DNA from: Mycolicibacterium smegmatis
GTDB lineage: Bacteria; Actinomycetota; Actinomycetes; Mycobacteriales; Mycobacteriaceae
Assembly: GCF_001457595.1 (NCBI RefSeq)
Contig: NZ_LN831039.1
Span: forward strand, 5,700,001 to 5,732,000
Direction of reading: 5' to 3'
Length of the DNA: 32,000 nt
Position numbers and translations under genes: made by a program. Position 1 is the first letter of the stretch, and each line of letters starts with the position of its first letter. Of this stretch, positions 8,144 to 16,307 are shown in pieces. The notes beneath the pieces are model-generated. The model made no database searches. It saw only the letters and a list, made by a program, of their open reading frames with translations, and was not told the DNA's origin.

Positions 8144-9093
8144 TGGACGATCCGCAGCCGCGGACCGCGTCCGGCCCGACGGAGCTCGCGCCCGGCGGCA
8201 CCAACGCCGTCGGGCACATGCTCGCCCTGCTCGGTGACGAGTGGTCGCTGCTGGTGATGCAGCAGGCCTTGCTGGGCGCAACCCGCTACGGGCAGTTCAT
8301 GTCCCGGCTGCCGATCTCGAACTCGGTGCTGACCCGCCGGCTCGGCACCCTCACCGCCGACGGCTTGCTGAGGCGCCACCGGTATCAGGACCGACCGCCG
8401 CGCGACGAGTATCTGGTGACCGCTCGTGGGCGTGCCCTGTGGCCGATCCTGCTGTCGATCTGGGAGTGGGAACGCCGGTGGGTGCCCGAGCAGCGCGATG
8501 CCCTGCCCGGTATGCGACACATCTCCTGCGGCGAGGAGTTCCACCCGCTGCTGAGCTGCTCGGCCTGCGAGAAGGAGGCGAATCCCGGTGAGGTGGTGGC
8601 CCGTTGGGGACCGAGCGGCGGGTGGCAGCGCGCGCTGCCCGTGGCGACGACCCGCCGCCGATCTGGGTCCGGCTCAGGTGCCGACGACCGCGACTCCCCC
8701 TCGGGTCTGTTCCCTCAGACGATGAGCGTGCTGGGCAACCGCTGGGCGTGTGCGATCCTGGTCGCGGCGTTCACCGGCACCACCCGGTTTTCGACGTTTC
8801 AGAAGTTGCTGGCGGCCCCGCCCGGTTCGGTGTCCGATCGTCTGGCACGCTTCCGCGCGAACGGCATCATGACCACCTCCCCCGAACGGCCGGAGTATCT
8901 GCTGACAGCGAAAGGCGAGGCGTTCCTGCCCGTGCTGGTGACCGGACTGCAATGGGCCCAGGGTTGGTTCAGCGCTCCGGAAGGCCCCGCCGTCAACCTC
9001 ACTCACACCGCCTGCGATCAGGTATTTCACCCTGTTCTACGGTGTGATCGATGCAAGGAACCGCTCACCGGCAACTCGGTCCAAACGATCTAG
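8143..9093 (+). CDS. Tandem HxlR-type winged-helix transcriptional regulator, with two HxlR domains each followed by a C-x4-H-x4-C-x2-C motif
   Basis: Domain 1 is LLGDEWSLLVMQQALLGATRYGQFMSRLPISNSVLTRRLGTLTADGLL...EYLVTARG. Domain 2 is VLGNRWACAILVAAFTGTTRFSTFQKLLAAPPGSVSDRLARFRANGIM...EYLLTAKG. The start is assigned to GTG 8143, which overlaps the oxygenase TAG. ATG 8218 is possible but would clip the first helix. Confidence 0.8.
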   Translation: MDDPQPRTASGPTELAPGGTNAVGHMLALLGDEWSLLVMQQALLGATRYGQFMSRLPISNSVLTRRLGTLTADGLLRRHRYQDRPPRDEYLVTARGRALWPILLSIWEWERRWVPEQRDALPGMRHISCGEEFHPLLSCSACEKEANPGEVVARWGPSGGWQRALPVATTRRRSGSGSGADDRDSPSGLFPQTMSVLGNRWACAILVAAFTGTTRFSTFQKLLAAPPGSVSDRLARFRANGIMTTSPERPEYLLTAKGEAFLPVLVTGLQWAQGWFSAPEGPAVNLTHTACDQVFHPVLRCDRCKEPLTGNSVQTI

Positions 9094-9116
9094 CACTCTC
9101 ACATCTCGAGTGCTAA
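9090..9116. promoter_or_regulatory. CIRCE element (HrcA operator)
   Basis: CTAGCACTC-N9-GAGTGCTAA matches the consensus TTAGCACTC-N9-GAGTGCTAA at 17 of 18 positions with the exact 9-nt spacer. TAATAT (9114-9119) is a TANNNT -10 candidate overlapping the right arm. Confidence 0.85.
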
Positions 9117-9186
9117 TATCGGCGTTGCACAGTGATTGGCTGCCCGCCAGGGTGGCGGGCCCATGCGATACAGGAGGTGGATTGCT

Positions 9187-9645
9187 GTGCTCCGCTTTGA
9201 TCCGTTCAGTGACCTGGATGCCCTGACCAAAAGTTTGCTGTCGACTGGCACCGGGTCATCGCGCACCCCGCGGTTCATGCCCATGGACCTGTGCAAGATC
9301 GACGATCATTACGTCCTGACCGCGGACCTCCCGGGCGTCGATCCGGGCTCGGTCGACGTGACCGTCGACAACGGCATGCTGACCATCTCGGCGCATCGGA
9401 CCGCACGCTCCGACGAATCCGCCCAGTGGCTCGCCAATGAGCGGTTCTTCGGCAGCTACCGCCGCCAGCTGTCGCTGGGCGAAGGTATCGACACGTCGGC
9501 GATCGCCGCGACCTACGAGAACGGCGTCCTGACCGTCACGATCCCGATGGTCGAACGCGCCAAGCCGCGCAAGATCGAGATCGCGCATGGCGGTGAGCAG
9601 AAGTCGATCACCGTCGAAGGCGAGACCGTCAGCAACGATCAGTAG
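9187..9645 (+). CDS. Hsp20/alpha-crystallin small heat-shock protein (M. leprae 18-kDa antigen-like)
   Basis: AGGAGG at 9172-9177 lies 9 nt before GTG 9187. The protein has N-terminal LRFDPFSDLD and an alpha-crystallin core (YVLTADLPGVDPGSVDVTVDNGMLTISAHR, GSYRRQLSLGEGID, YENGVLTVTIPMVERAKPRKIEI). Confidence 0.9.
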   Translation: MLRFDPFSDLDALTKSLLSTGTGSSRTPRFMPMDLCKIDDHYVLTADLPGVDPGSVDVTVDNGMLTISAHRTARSDESAQWLANERFFGSYRRQLSLGEGIDTSAIAATYENGVLTVTIPMVERAKPRKIEIAHGGEQKSITVEGETVSNDQ

Positions 9646-9651
9646 GCCAGA

Positions 9652-10257
9652 TCAGCGATTCCGATCCCGGCGGTCCAGCCTGAAATTCAGGTTGGACCGC
9701 GCTGCGGGCCACTCGATGTCGAGGATCGAGTAGACCACGGTGTCACGGCGTGAACCGTCGGCCGCGATCTGGTGGCTGCGCAGCACACCGTCCTGCTTGG
9801 CGCCCAGCCGCTCGATCGCGGCCCGGCTCGCGAAGTTGAAGAAGTGCGTGCGGAATTCGACTGCGATGCAGTTCAATTCGTCGAACGCGTGGCCCAACAA
9901 CAGCAGCTTGGCCTCGGCGTTGACGCCGGTGCCGCGCGCCGCGGCGGTGTACCAGGTGTGCCCGATCTCGAGCCTGCGGTTGGTGCCGTCGACGTTGAGG
10001 TAGCTCGACGAGCCGACCAGGTTGCCGTCGAGATCACGCACCACGAAGCTCAGGCCGTCATCGGCCGCGCGCAGCTTCAGCATGCGCTCGACCCACTGCT
10101 CGGCCGCACCCGGCTGCGGGGTCGTGGTGTACCAGAGGGTGCCCAGTTCACCGTCGGCGGCGACCGCGTCGATCTCCGGGATGTGTTCGCGGGTCAGCGG
10201 TTCCAGCTGTACCCAGCGCCTACCGGTCAGCGTGACCGGCTTCACGAAATCACTCAT
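9652..10257 (-). CDS. GNAT-family N-acetyltransferase (RimJ/RimL-like)
   Basis: The 201-aa product from MSDFVKPVTL has the GNAT core (IGHTWYTAAARGTGVNAEAKLLLLGHAFDELNCIAVEFRTHFFNFASRAAIERLGA). Its start ATG overlaps the stop of the upstream membrane gene (ATGA at 10254-10257). Confidence 0.85.
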   Translation of the reverse strand: MSDFVKPVTLTGRRWVQLEPLTREHIPEIDAVAADGELGTLWYTTTPQPGAAEQWVERMLKLRAADDGLSFVVRDLDGNLVGSSSYLNVDGTNRRLEIGHTWYTAAARGTGVNAEAKLLLLGHAFDELNCIAVEFRTHFFNFASRAAIERLGAKQDGVLRSHQIAADGSRRDTVVYSILDIEWPAARSNLNFRLDRRDRNR

Positions 10258-10673
10258 CGTCTCCCCAGTGTCGACAACAACGCCCACAACGAAAACAGCG
10301 CGGCGAGGATCGCCAGGCCGCCGCCGGTGTACAGACCGTAGCCCGCGTTCACCGGCGGTTTGACGTTGAGCATGTAGTACCACACGGTCAGGCCCACGAG
10401 CGCAAGCGAAATAAGCAGTCCCGCAGCCGATGCGAGGCGCTCCGAGAGGCCCTGACCAGCCATCGCGCCCGCGACGATCAACGTCGAACCGAGCAGCACG
10501 ATCAGTTGTCCCGGCCCGAAACCGGCGGGCAGCACCATGCTGCCGACCGCGCCGCCGATCGCGTTGGCCCGGCCGCCGCCGTTGGCGCCCGTGGTGAGCC
10601 ACGGCAGCCATGCGGTGACCACGAGGATCGCCGCACACAGTGCCACCAGCCAACCTGGACGCAGACGAACCAT
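10254..10673 (-). CDS. Small integral membrane protein (about 4 TM), unknown function
   Basis: 139 aa with four hydrophobic segments. It is translationally coupled to the GNAT gene. Confidence 0.6.
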   Translation of the reverse strand: MVRLRPGWLVALCAAILVVTAWLPWLTTGANGGGRANAIGGAVGSMVLPAGFGPGQLIVLLGSTLIVAGAMAGQGLSERLASAAGLLISLALVGLTVWYYMLNVKPPVNAGYGLYTGGGLAILAALFSLWALLSTLGRR

Positions 10674-10692
10674 AGCGACGAGACTATCGGGT

Positions 10693-11139
10693 GTGACCGA
10701 ACTCCCCGACTGGGCCGCACCGCTCGATCTCGCCCCACATCCCGAAGGCGGTTGGTACCGCGAAACCTGGCGCAGCGAACTGACCGTGAACCAGACCTCA
10801 CTTCCGGCGGGCTACTCAGGCCCGCGCAGCGCGGGCACGGCGATCCTGTTCCTGCTGATGCCCGGCCAGCAATCGGCGTGGCACACGGTCCGCAGCGCGG
10901 AGTTGTGGTTCCACCACCGCGGCAGCCCGCTGCTGTTGGAGATCGGCGAACAGCAGGAGACTGCGACGACACATCTGCTGGGCCCGGACATCACCACCGG
11001 GCAGCAACCCCAGGTGCTGGTGCCGCCCGGGCACTGGCAGCGGGCCCGGCCGCGCGATGACGAGCCCACCCTGGTGAGCTGTGTGGTGGTGCCCGGTTTC
11101 GACTTCGCCGACTTCGCGCTGGCCGCGCCTACCGACTGA
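10693..11139 (+). CDS. Cupin-superfamily protein, DUF985 type
   Basis: LAPHPEGGWYRETW near the N-terminus plus WHTVRSAELWFHH and VSCVVVPGFDFADF are typical of DUF985 cupins. GTG 10693 is the only start upstream of the conserved PHPEGG block that does not overlap the divergent gene. Confidence 0.75.
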   Translation: MTELPDWAAPLDLAPHPEGGWYRETWRSELTVNQTSLPAGYSGPRSAGTAILFLLMPGQQSAWHTVRSAELWFHHRGSPLLLEIGEQQETATTHLLGPDITTGQQPQVLVPPGHWQRARPRDDEPTLVSCVVVPGFDFADFALAAPTD

Positions 11140-11857
11140 GCAACTCGACCGCGGCCGTCACCAGGGCTGCATTGTCGTCGGCGACGGTGCCGTCGGGAAG
11201 ACGCAGTGTGTCCTCCATCCCGATACGGGTCTGCACGCCACACTGCCCGGCGTGTTGCAGGAGCGGCCAAGCACTTTCGTCGAGGCCGTGCAACAGCGCG
11301 GGAGCCTGCGATCCGGCCGACGTCACGATCGCCAGGAGTTCGTCGGCCGTGCCGGTGCCGGCGTCGGGCGACAGTTCGACCATGACGCGCAGGCAGTGCG
11401 CGGCCATATCGGATGCGGCCCACGCACGCGCGGCGTCGGCGTGGAACAACCCGGCTTCGACGCCCACGCCCCTGCTCAACAGCAACTCGGCCAGCTCCGG
11501 TGAACCCGGTTCGTGCCAGTTGACCGACGCGAAGTCGGGCAACACTTCCCACGCCTCGACCGTTCGCAGCCGTTTCTTGGGGTCCGGAAGCGCCCAGAAT
11601 CCCGTCGTCACCCCCAGTGGGAAGCCCGGCACGGCGTGGCGCACCGCCGACACCGCGGCGGCGACCACGTCGGGTTCCAGGGAATCCGTGCCGTCGTCTG
11701 CTTTGGGATGCAGGTGCACGGCCTGCGCCCCGGCGCGATGCACCGACAGTGCGGCATCGGCCAGTTGGTCAGGCGTGACGGGCAGATTCGGGTGCTGATC
11801 GGGCGTACGCGCACCGTTGATGCACGCCTTGACGTAGGGGGTATGGGAGCGGTCCAT
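11129..11857 (-). CDS. 3-keto-5-aminohexanoate cleavage enzyme family (BKACE/DUF849)
   Basis: N-terminal ACINGAR and VHLHPK motifs plus TRIGMEDT near the C-terminus match the DUF849 TIM-barrel family. Confidence 0.8.
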   Translation of the reverse strand: MDRSHTPYVKACINGARTPDQHPNLPVTPDQLADAALSVHRAGAQAVHLHPKADDGTDSLEPDVVAAAVSAVRHAVPGFPLGVTTGFWALPDPKKRLRTVEAWEVLPDFASVNWHEPGSPELAELLLSRGVGVEAGLFHADAARAWAASDMAAHCLRVMVELSPDAGTGTADELLAIVTSAGSQAPALLHGLDESAWPLLQHAGQCGVQTRIGMEDTLRLPDGTVADDNAALVTAAVELLSR

Positions 11858-11871
11858 ACCCCATCTTTAAC

Positions 11872-12642
11872 TCAATCCTGCAGCGATGACAGGTTGAATC
11901 CGGCACCGGTGGGATCGGCGACGGCCGCGAGCCTGCCGTACGGCGTGTCCTCGGCGGCTCGAACCACCGAACCGCCGTGCTCGACGATCAACTCGATGGT
12001 CTTGTCGACGTCGTCGGCGCCGAAGAAGCACGTCCAAGTCGACGGTGCGTCGCCCAGGAAGGCTGCGCCGTCCATCACGCCGACGAGCTCCTCGCCGTCG
12101 AAGGACGCTGTGCTGTAGCGGAATTCGTCGGTGTCGGCCATGGTGTTGACCGTCCAGCCGAACACGTCGCGGTAGAACTGCAACGCCTTGGCGTAGTCAC
12201 CGGTGGTGAGCTGGTGGTACAGCGGCGCGCCCGGCTCGTTGAACACCTGGAAGCCATTGTGGCCTGCGGGCTGCCACAACCCGAAGAATCCGCCTGCGGC
12301 GTCGGACATCATGGCCATGCGGCCTTTTTCGGGCACGTCCATGACGCCGCCGCAGTTGCTCCCGCCCGCTGCCGCGGCGGCAGCAACCGTGGCTTCGGCG
12401 TCCGCGGTGTGCAGATACGTCGTCCAAATGTCGGGCGTGTTCCACTGCGGGTCGTTCTGCATGAGACCCGCGACCACATGACCTTCGAGGTGGGCGGTGA
12501 CGTAGCCGCCGTACTCGGGGCCTCCGGTTTCGAAGGTCCACCCGAACACCGCGCCGTAGAAAGCCTTGGCGCGCTCGACATCAGACGTCGTCAGGTCGAT
12601 CCAGGTGGGTGCGCCGAGCGGCGCGGTGGAGCGGATGGGCAC
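11872..12642 (-). CDS. VOC-family (glyoxalase/bleomycin-resistance fold) two-domain protein
   Basis: Two repeats of the F(Y)xxVFGW(T) module are present (AKAFYGAVFGWTF and ALQFYRDVFGWTV). The start is GTG with AAGGAG 9 nt upstream. Confidence 0.8.
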   Translation of the reverse strand: MPIRSTAPLGAPTWIDLTTSDVERAKAFYGAVFGWTFETGGPEYGGYVTAHLEGHVVAGLMQNDPQWNTPDIWTTYLHTADAEATVAAAAAAGGSNCGGVMDVPEKGRMAMMSDAAGGFFGLWQPAGHNGFQVFNEPGAPLYHQLTTGDYAKALQFYRDVFGWTVNTMADTDEFRYSTASFDGEELVGVMDGAAFLGDAPSTWTCFFGADDVDKTIELIVEHGGSVVRAAEDTPYGRLAAVADPTGAGFNLSSLQD

Positions 12643-12661
12643 GATGGGTCTCCTTCACGGT

Positions 12662-12689
12662 CATCGGTCAGTTGGCGTACTGACCGATG
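12662..12689. other. Perfect 10-bp stem hairpin or palindrome in the intergenic region
   Basis: CATCGGTCAG-ttggcgta-CTGACCGATG lies between the MPT63-like stop (12743) and the VOC RBS. No T-tract is present on either strand. Confidence 0.5.
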
Positions 12690-12742
12690 CCGCGAGGAAA
12701 ACTCATCGCTGGGGGTTCACCCCGTTCGGGTTATTGGCCGGC

Positions 12743-13222
12743 TCACTGCCCCGCGTCGTCGGTCCAGACGACCTCTTCGGAGCCGACGTCGCTGTACACG
12801 ACGCTGTCCGGGGCCTCACCCTTGACGTCGAAGTACACCTTGCCGGTGGTCGACGCGCCCTCGGTCAGCGGTGCGGGGTTGACGCCCTCAGGCGTCGGCA
12901 CCTCGAACAGGGCCTGGTATGACTGGCCGTCGGCCGTGCGGGCGTTGAAGTTCGAGACGACCGGGGTCACGGTGCCCTCTTTGGCCTCGACGGTGGCCGT
13001 CGCCTCGTACAGCTGGCCCTCGACCTCGGTGGGGATCTGATCGCTGCTCGGAGCGATGTCGGTGACCGTCACGCTGGCGGTGTCACCGGTCGGTGCCACC
13101 AGATCCTGCGCTTCCCCGAAACCGGCTTCGGTCTCTGCCATGGCCAGCGGCGCGGCGCCAAGTGCCATGGCGGCCGTTGCGGTGCTTGCTGCGGCGATCT
13201 TCATACCGGTACGGATATTCAC
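12743..13222 (-). CDS. MPT63-family (DUF1942) secreted protein
   Basis: The signal peptide ends APLAMA|ET. ATATVEAKEGTVTPVVSNFNARTADGQSY and STTGKVYFDVKG match the MPT63 conserved blocks. The start is GTG with AGGAG 5 nt upstream. Confidence 0.85.
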   Translation of the reverse strand: MNIRTGMKIAAASTATAAMALGAAPLAMAETEAGFGEAQDLVAPTGDTASVTVTDIAPSSDQIPTEVEGQLYEATATVEAKEGTVTPVVSNFNARTADGQSYQALFEVPTPEGVNPAPLTEGASTTGKVYFDVKGEAPDSVVYSDVGSEEVVWTDDAGQ

Positions 13223-13330
13223 ACGTACTCCTATTCGTTGGCGGTCAGTGCCCGCGGCACAGCGCTGTTTCGGCTGTGTGCGGTCCTGTTCGCATACCCG
13301 CCTCGTCAGGAGGAAAACATCGGTGCGCGC

Positions 13331-14359
13331 TCAGCCCTGTGCGCTGGGGTAACGCGCCGCCAGCACGTTGCGGTGCGCACGCGGCGACCCGAACAGCGAG
13401 CGGTTGAGCGCGGCCCGTTTGAGGTAGGTGTGCACACCGCTTTCCCACGTGTAGCCGATACCACCGTGCAACTGCATGGCCTTGCCCGCGACGCCCACAG
13501 CCGCTTCTGTTGCATACGATTTGGCTTTCGCGACGGTGTGCGCATCCGGTGCGCTGATCGCGCCGGCGATTAACTGCCGCGCCGCCGTGACCTGCACCAG
13601 CATGTCGGCGCACGCGTGCTTGACGGCCTGGAAAGAGCCGATGGGACGGCCGAACTGCTGCCGCATGGACGCGTAGGACACCGTCGCGTCGAGCATGGCT
13701 GCTGCGATACCGAGGCTGTCGCACGCCACGGCCAGCGCGGCGCGCCGGGCCAGCGCGTGCGGGTCTTCGAGGGGCCACACGTCACGAGCCTCGGCGCCGT
13801 CGGCCTCGACGATCGCGAGCCTACGGGTCTCGTCGAGCACGGGTTGCTCGATGACCGTCGCCGCCGCGTCGACGAGCACCGTCGTACCCGTGGCGTCGCG
13901 CGCGGGCAGCAGCAACCGGTGCGCGTCGCCGGCGTCCGGCACGAATGCCGCGCGGCCGTGCACGCGCCCGTCGGTGGTCACGGTGAACGGGACCCGCGGG
14001 TCACCGGGTACCAGGTCGCCGGGTAACGCGAGCGACACGCGCGTGCGGCCCTCGACGACCTCGGTGAGTAGGTTGTCGCGGGAAGTGTTGGGCGCCACCG
14101 CGAGTAGCGCGCCGACGCCGAGTACGGCGCCGCCGAGGTAGCCGGTGGTGGCTGCGGCACGGCCCAGTTCCTCGCAGATGACGGCCACCTCGGCGAACGT
14201 GGCACCCGCTCCGCCCAGGGACTCCGGCGCGTCGAGGCCGACCCAGCCCGCCTGCACCAGCAGCGGCCAGTCGACGCTGTCCTTCGCGAGCAGATCAGCT
14301 GCCACCGAACGGAGTTCGTCGTGGATCGCTGAGAAGTCTGTAGTGAAGTCTGTCATCAC
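13331..14359 (-). CDS. Acyl-CoA dehydrogenase-fold protein, putative beta (non-catalytic) subunit of a heteromeric ACAD
   Basis: The 342-aa product has an ACAD C-terminal helical domain (QFGRPIGSFQAVKHACADM, LHGGIGYTWE) but lacks the SEPEAGSD loop and the G-W-x-V...E-R block of its upstream partner. Its start overlaps the partner's stop. Confidence 0.8.
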   Translation of the reverse strand: MMTDFTTDFSAIHDELRSVAADLLAKDSVDWPLLVQAGWVGLDAPESLGGAGATFAEVAVICEELGRAAATTGYLGGAVLGVGALLAVAPNTSRDNLLTEVVEGRTRVSLALPGDLVPGDPRVPFTVTTDGRVHGRAAFVPDAGDAHRLLLPARDATGTTVLVDAAATVIEQPVLDETRRLAIVEADGAEARDVWPLEDPHALARRAALAVACDSLGIAAAMLDATVSYASMRQQFGRPIGSFQAVKHACADMLVQVTAARQLIAGAISAPDAHTVAKAKSYATEAAVGVAGKAMQLHGGIGYTWESGVHTYLKRAALNRSLFGSPRAHRNVLAARYPSAQG

Positions 14360-15531
14360 ACCGCACTCGGCTCTCGCGGCAGGCCCAAACCCCGCTCACC
14401 GATGATGGTGCGCTGGATCTCGCTGGCCCCGCCGGGGATGGTCCATTCCCAAGAGCCGATGAAGTCGAGCATCCACGCCCCCGATTCCCATCCGCTCGAC
14501 GCGGGTTTGGTCAGCACGGTGTGCGCGGGCAGCCCGGCGATCTGGGCGCCGAAGTCCGTCATCCGTTGCAGCAGTTCGCTGTAGTACAGCTTGACGATCG
14601 AGGCGTCGGCTGGGCCTGCCTTGCCGGTTTCGCTGCGTTCGACCAGGTCGCGGCACAGTCCGCGCAGGCCGGTGAGCTCGATCTCGAACTGCGCCAGCTG
14701 ATCCGCGATGAGCGCATCGTCCACCGGCGAGCACGCGTCCACAAGCCAGCGGAACCCTGCGTTGCCGAGACGTTCGGCGAGCTCGAGCATGGTCATGCCG
14801 CGTTCGGCACCCAGCGTCGCCTGCGCGACCTGCCAACCCTTGTTCACCGGGCCCACGAGGTTGGCGGCCGGGATCGCGACGTCGTTGAGGAAGATCTCGC
14901 AGAAATGCGAATCGCCGACCGCGTTGCGGATCGGACGCACATCGACGCCCGGCGACTTCATGTCCATCAGGAAGTAAGAAATGCCGTGGCGCTTCGGCGC
15001 ATTCGGGTCGGTGCGGGCCAGCAGCAGGCACCAGTCGGCGTGCATGGCTCCGCTGGCCCACAGCTTCTGCCCGTTGACGACGAAGGTGTCGCCCTCGGCG
15101 CGGGCCGTGGTGCGCAGCGACGCCAGATCCGAACCGGCCTCGGGTTCGGAGAAGCCCTGTACCCAGATCTCGCCGTCGAGGATCGCGGGCAGGTGCCGGT
15201 TGCGCTGTGCGTCTGTGCCCGCGGCGAGCAGCGTCGACGCGGCGTGGTGGATGCCGACGAACGCCAGTACGAGGCGGGGCGCGTCGTGTGCCGCGAGTTC
15301 GGAGTACAGCACGATCTGCTGCGGAACCGACATGCCGCCGCCCCACTCGGCGGGCCAGTGCGGTACGGCGTAGCCGGCGCTGTGCAACTCGGCGAACCAC
15401 GCCTTCTGGAACGCCGCGAATTCGTCGTCGCTCACGCCGGTTTGGGCCGCGCGCCAGTCTTTGGGGACGTGCGCGGCGCACCAGTCGCGCACCGTGGCGC
15501 GGAAGTCGTCCAAGTTTTCGGGGTGGGTCAC
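14356..15531 (-). CDS. Acyl-CoA dehydrogenase, putative alpha (catalytic) subunit
   Basis: Motifs QGFSEPEAGSDLASLRTTA, GQKLWASGA, NKGWQVAQATLGAERG and GGASEIQRTIIGE are present. The GTG start overlaps the hydratase stop (GTGA). Confidence 0.9.
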   Translation of the reverse strand: MTHPENLDDFRATVRDWCAAHVPKDWRAAQTGVSDDEFAAFQKAWFAELHSAGYAVPHWPAEWGGGMSVPQQIVLYSELAAHDAPRLVLAFVGIHHAASTLLAAGTDAQRNRHLPAILDGEIWVQGFSEPEAGSDLASLRTTARAEGDTFVVNGQKLWASGAMHADWCLLLARTDPNAPKRHGISYFLMDMKSPGVDVRPIRNAVGDSHFCEIFLNDVAIPAANLVGPVNKGWQVAQATLGAERGMTMLELAERLGNAGFRWLVDACSPVDDALIADQLAQFEIELTGLRGLCRDLVERSETGKAGPADASIVKLYYSELLQRMTDFGAQIAGLPAHTVLTKPASSGWESGAWMLDFIGSWEWTIPGGASEIQRTIIGERGLGLPREPSAV

Positions 15532-16307
15532 TTGTGTGCCTTCTTCTTGAACGCGAGCAGGCGTGCGCGGTGGTCGTCGCTGCGCATGCTGACCTGCTCG
15601 GCCGCGAAGCCGGCTTGCAGTGGTCCGCTGAGCACCTGCGACAGGTACATGTTGACGACGCGTTTGGTTCCCTGCAGCGCCTCGACGGGCTGCTTGGCCA
15701 GCCGGTGCGCGAGTGTCATTGCCTCACTGCGCAGTTGGCCGGGGGCGACGCTGCGGCTCGCGAGGCCCAACTCGACGGCCTTGCCGGCGTCGATCCGGTC
15801 GCCGGTGTAGAGGAACTCCCGCGAGCGCATGATGGGCGTCAGCAGCGGCCACAGTGCCGCGCCGCCGTCGCCGGCCACCAGGCCCACCGACACGTGCGGA
15901 TCCGCGAGGTAGGCGTCCTCGGAGATCAGCAGGATGTCGCACAACAGCGCGACGCTGCAACCCAATCCGACCGCGGGACCGTTGACCGCGGCGATCACCG
16001 GCAGCGGGAAGCGCAGCATCTCCTCGATGATCTGCGCGCCTTCGCGGATGCTCTCGTCACGCGCGACCGGATCGTCGAGGAACGTTGTGATCCAGCCCAG
16101 GTCGCCGCCCGCGCTGAACGCGCGGCCCGCGCCGGTGAGCACGACGACCTTGGCGTCCTTGTCGGCGGCGAGTTGTCGCCACACGTTGGCCAGCGCCCAG
16201 TGCAGTTTCTCGTTGACGCTGTTGAGGTCGGTCTCGCGGTTGATCGTGACGATGCGCACGGGCCCGTCGGTGGACACGCTGAGTTCGTCGGGCACGTCGT
16301 AGTTCAT
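15528..16307 (-). CDS. Enoyl-CoA hydratase/isomerase (crotonase) family
   Basis: The 259-aa product from MNYDVPDE has VLTGAGRAFSAGGDL and AAVNGPAVGLGCS oxyanion-hole motifs. The ORF-track version (to 16469) adds an unsupported extension that overlaps the upstream gene. Confidence 0.9.
   Translation of the reverse strand: MNYDVPDELSVSTDGPVRIVTINRETDLNSVNEKLHWALANVWRQLAADKDAKVVVLTGAGRAFSAGGDLGWITTFLDDPVARDESIREGAQIIEEMLRFPLPVIAAVNGPAVGLGCSVALLCDILLISEDAYLADPHVSVGLVAGDGGAALWPLLTPIMRSREFLYTGDRIDAGKAVELGLASRSVAPGQLRSEAMTLAHRLAKQPVEALQGTKRVVNMYLSQVLSGPLQAGFAAEQVSMRSDDHRARLLAFKKKAHK

Noticed and set aside
11129-11139. 11-bp convergent overlap of the cupin and BKACE gene 3' ends
   Set aside because: Small convergent overlaps are common in compact high-GC genomes. 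No hairpin or other signal is associated with it.
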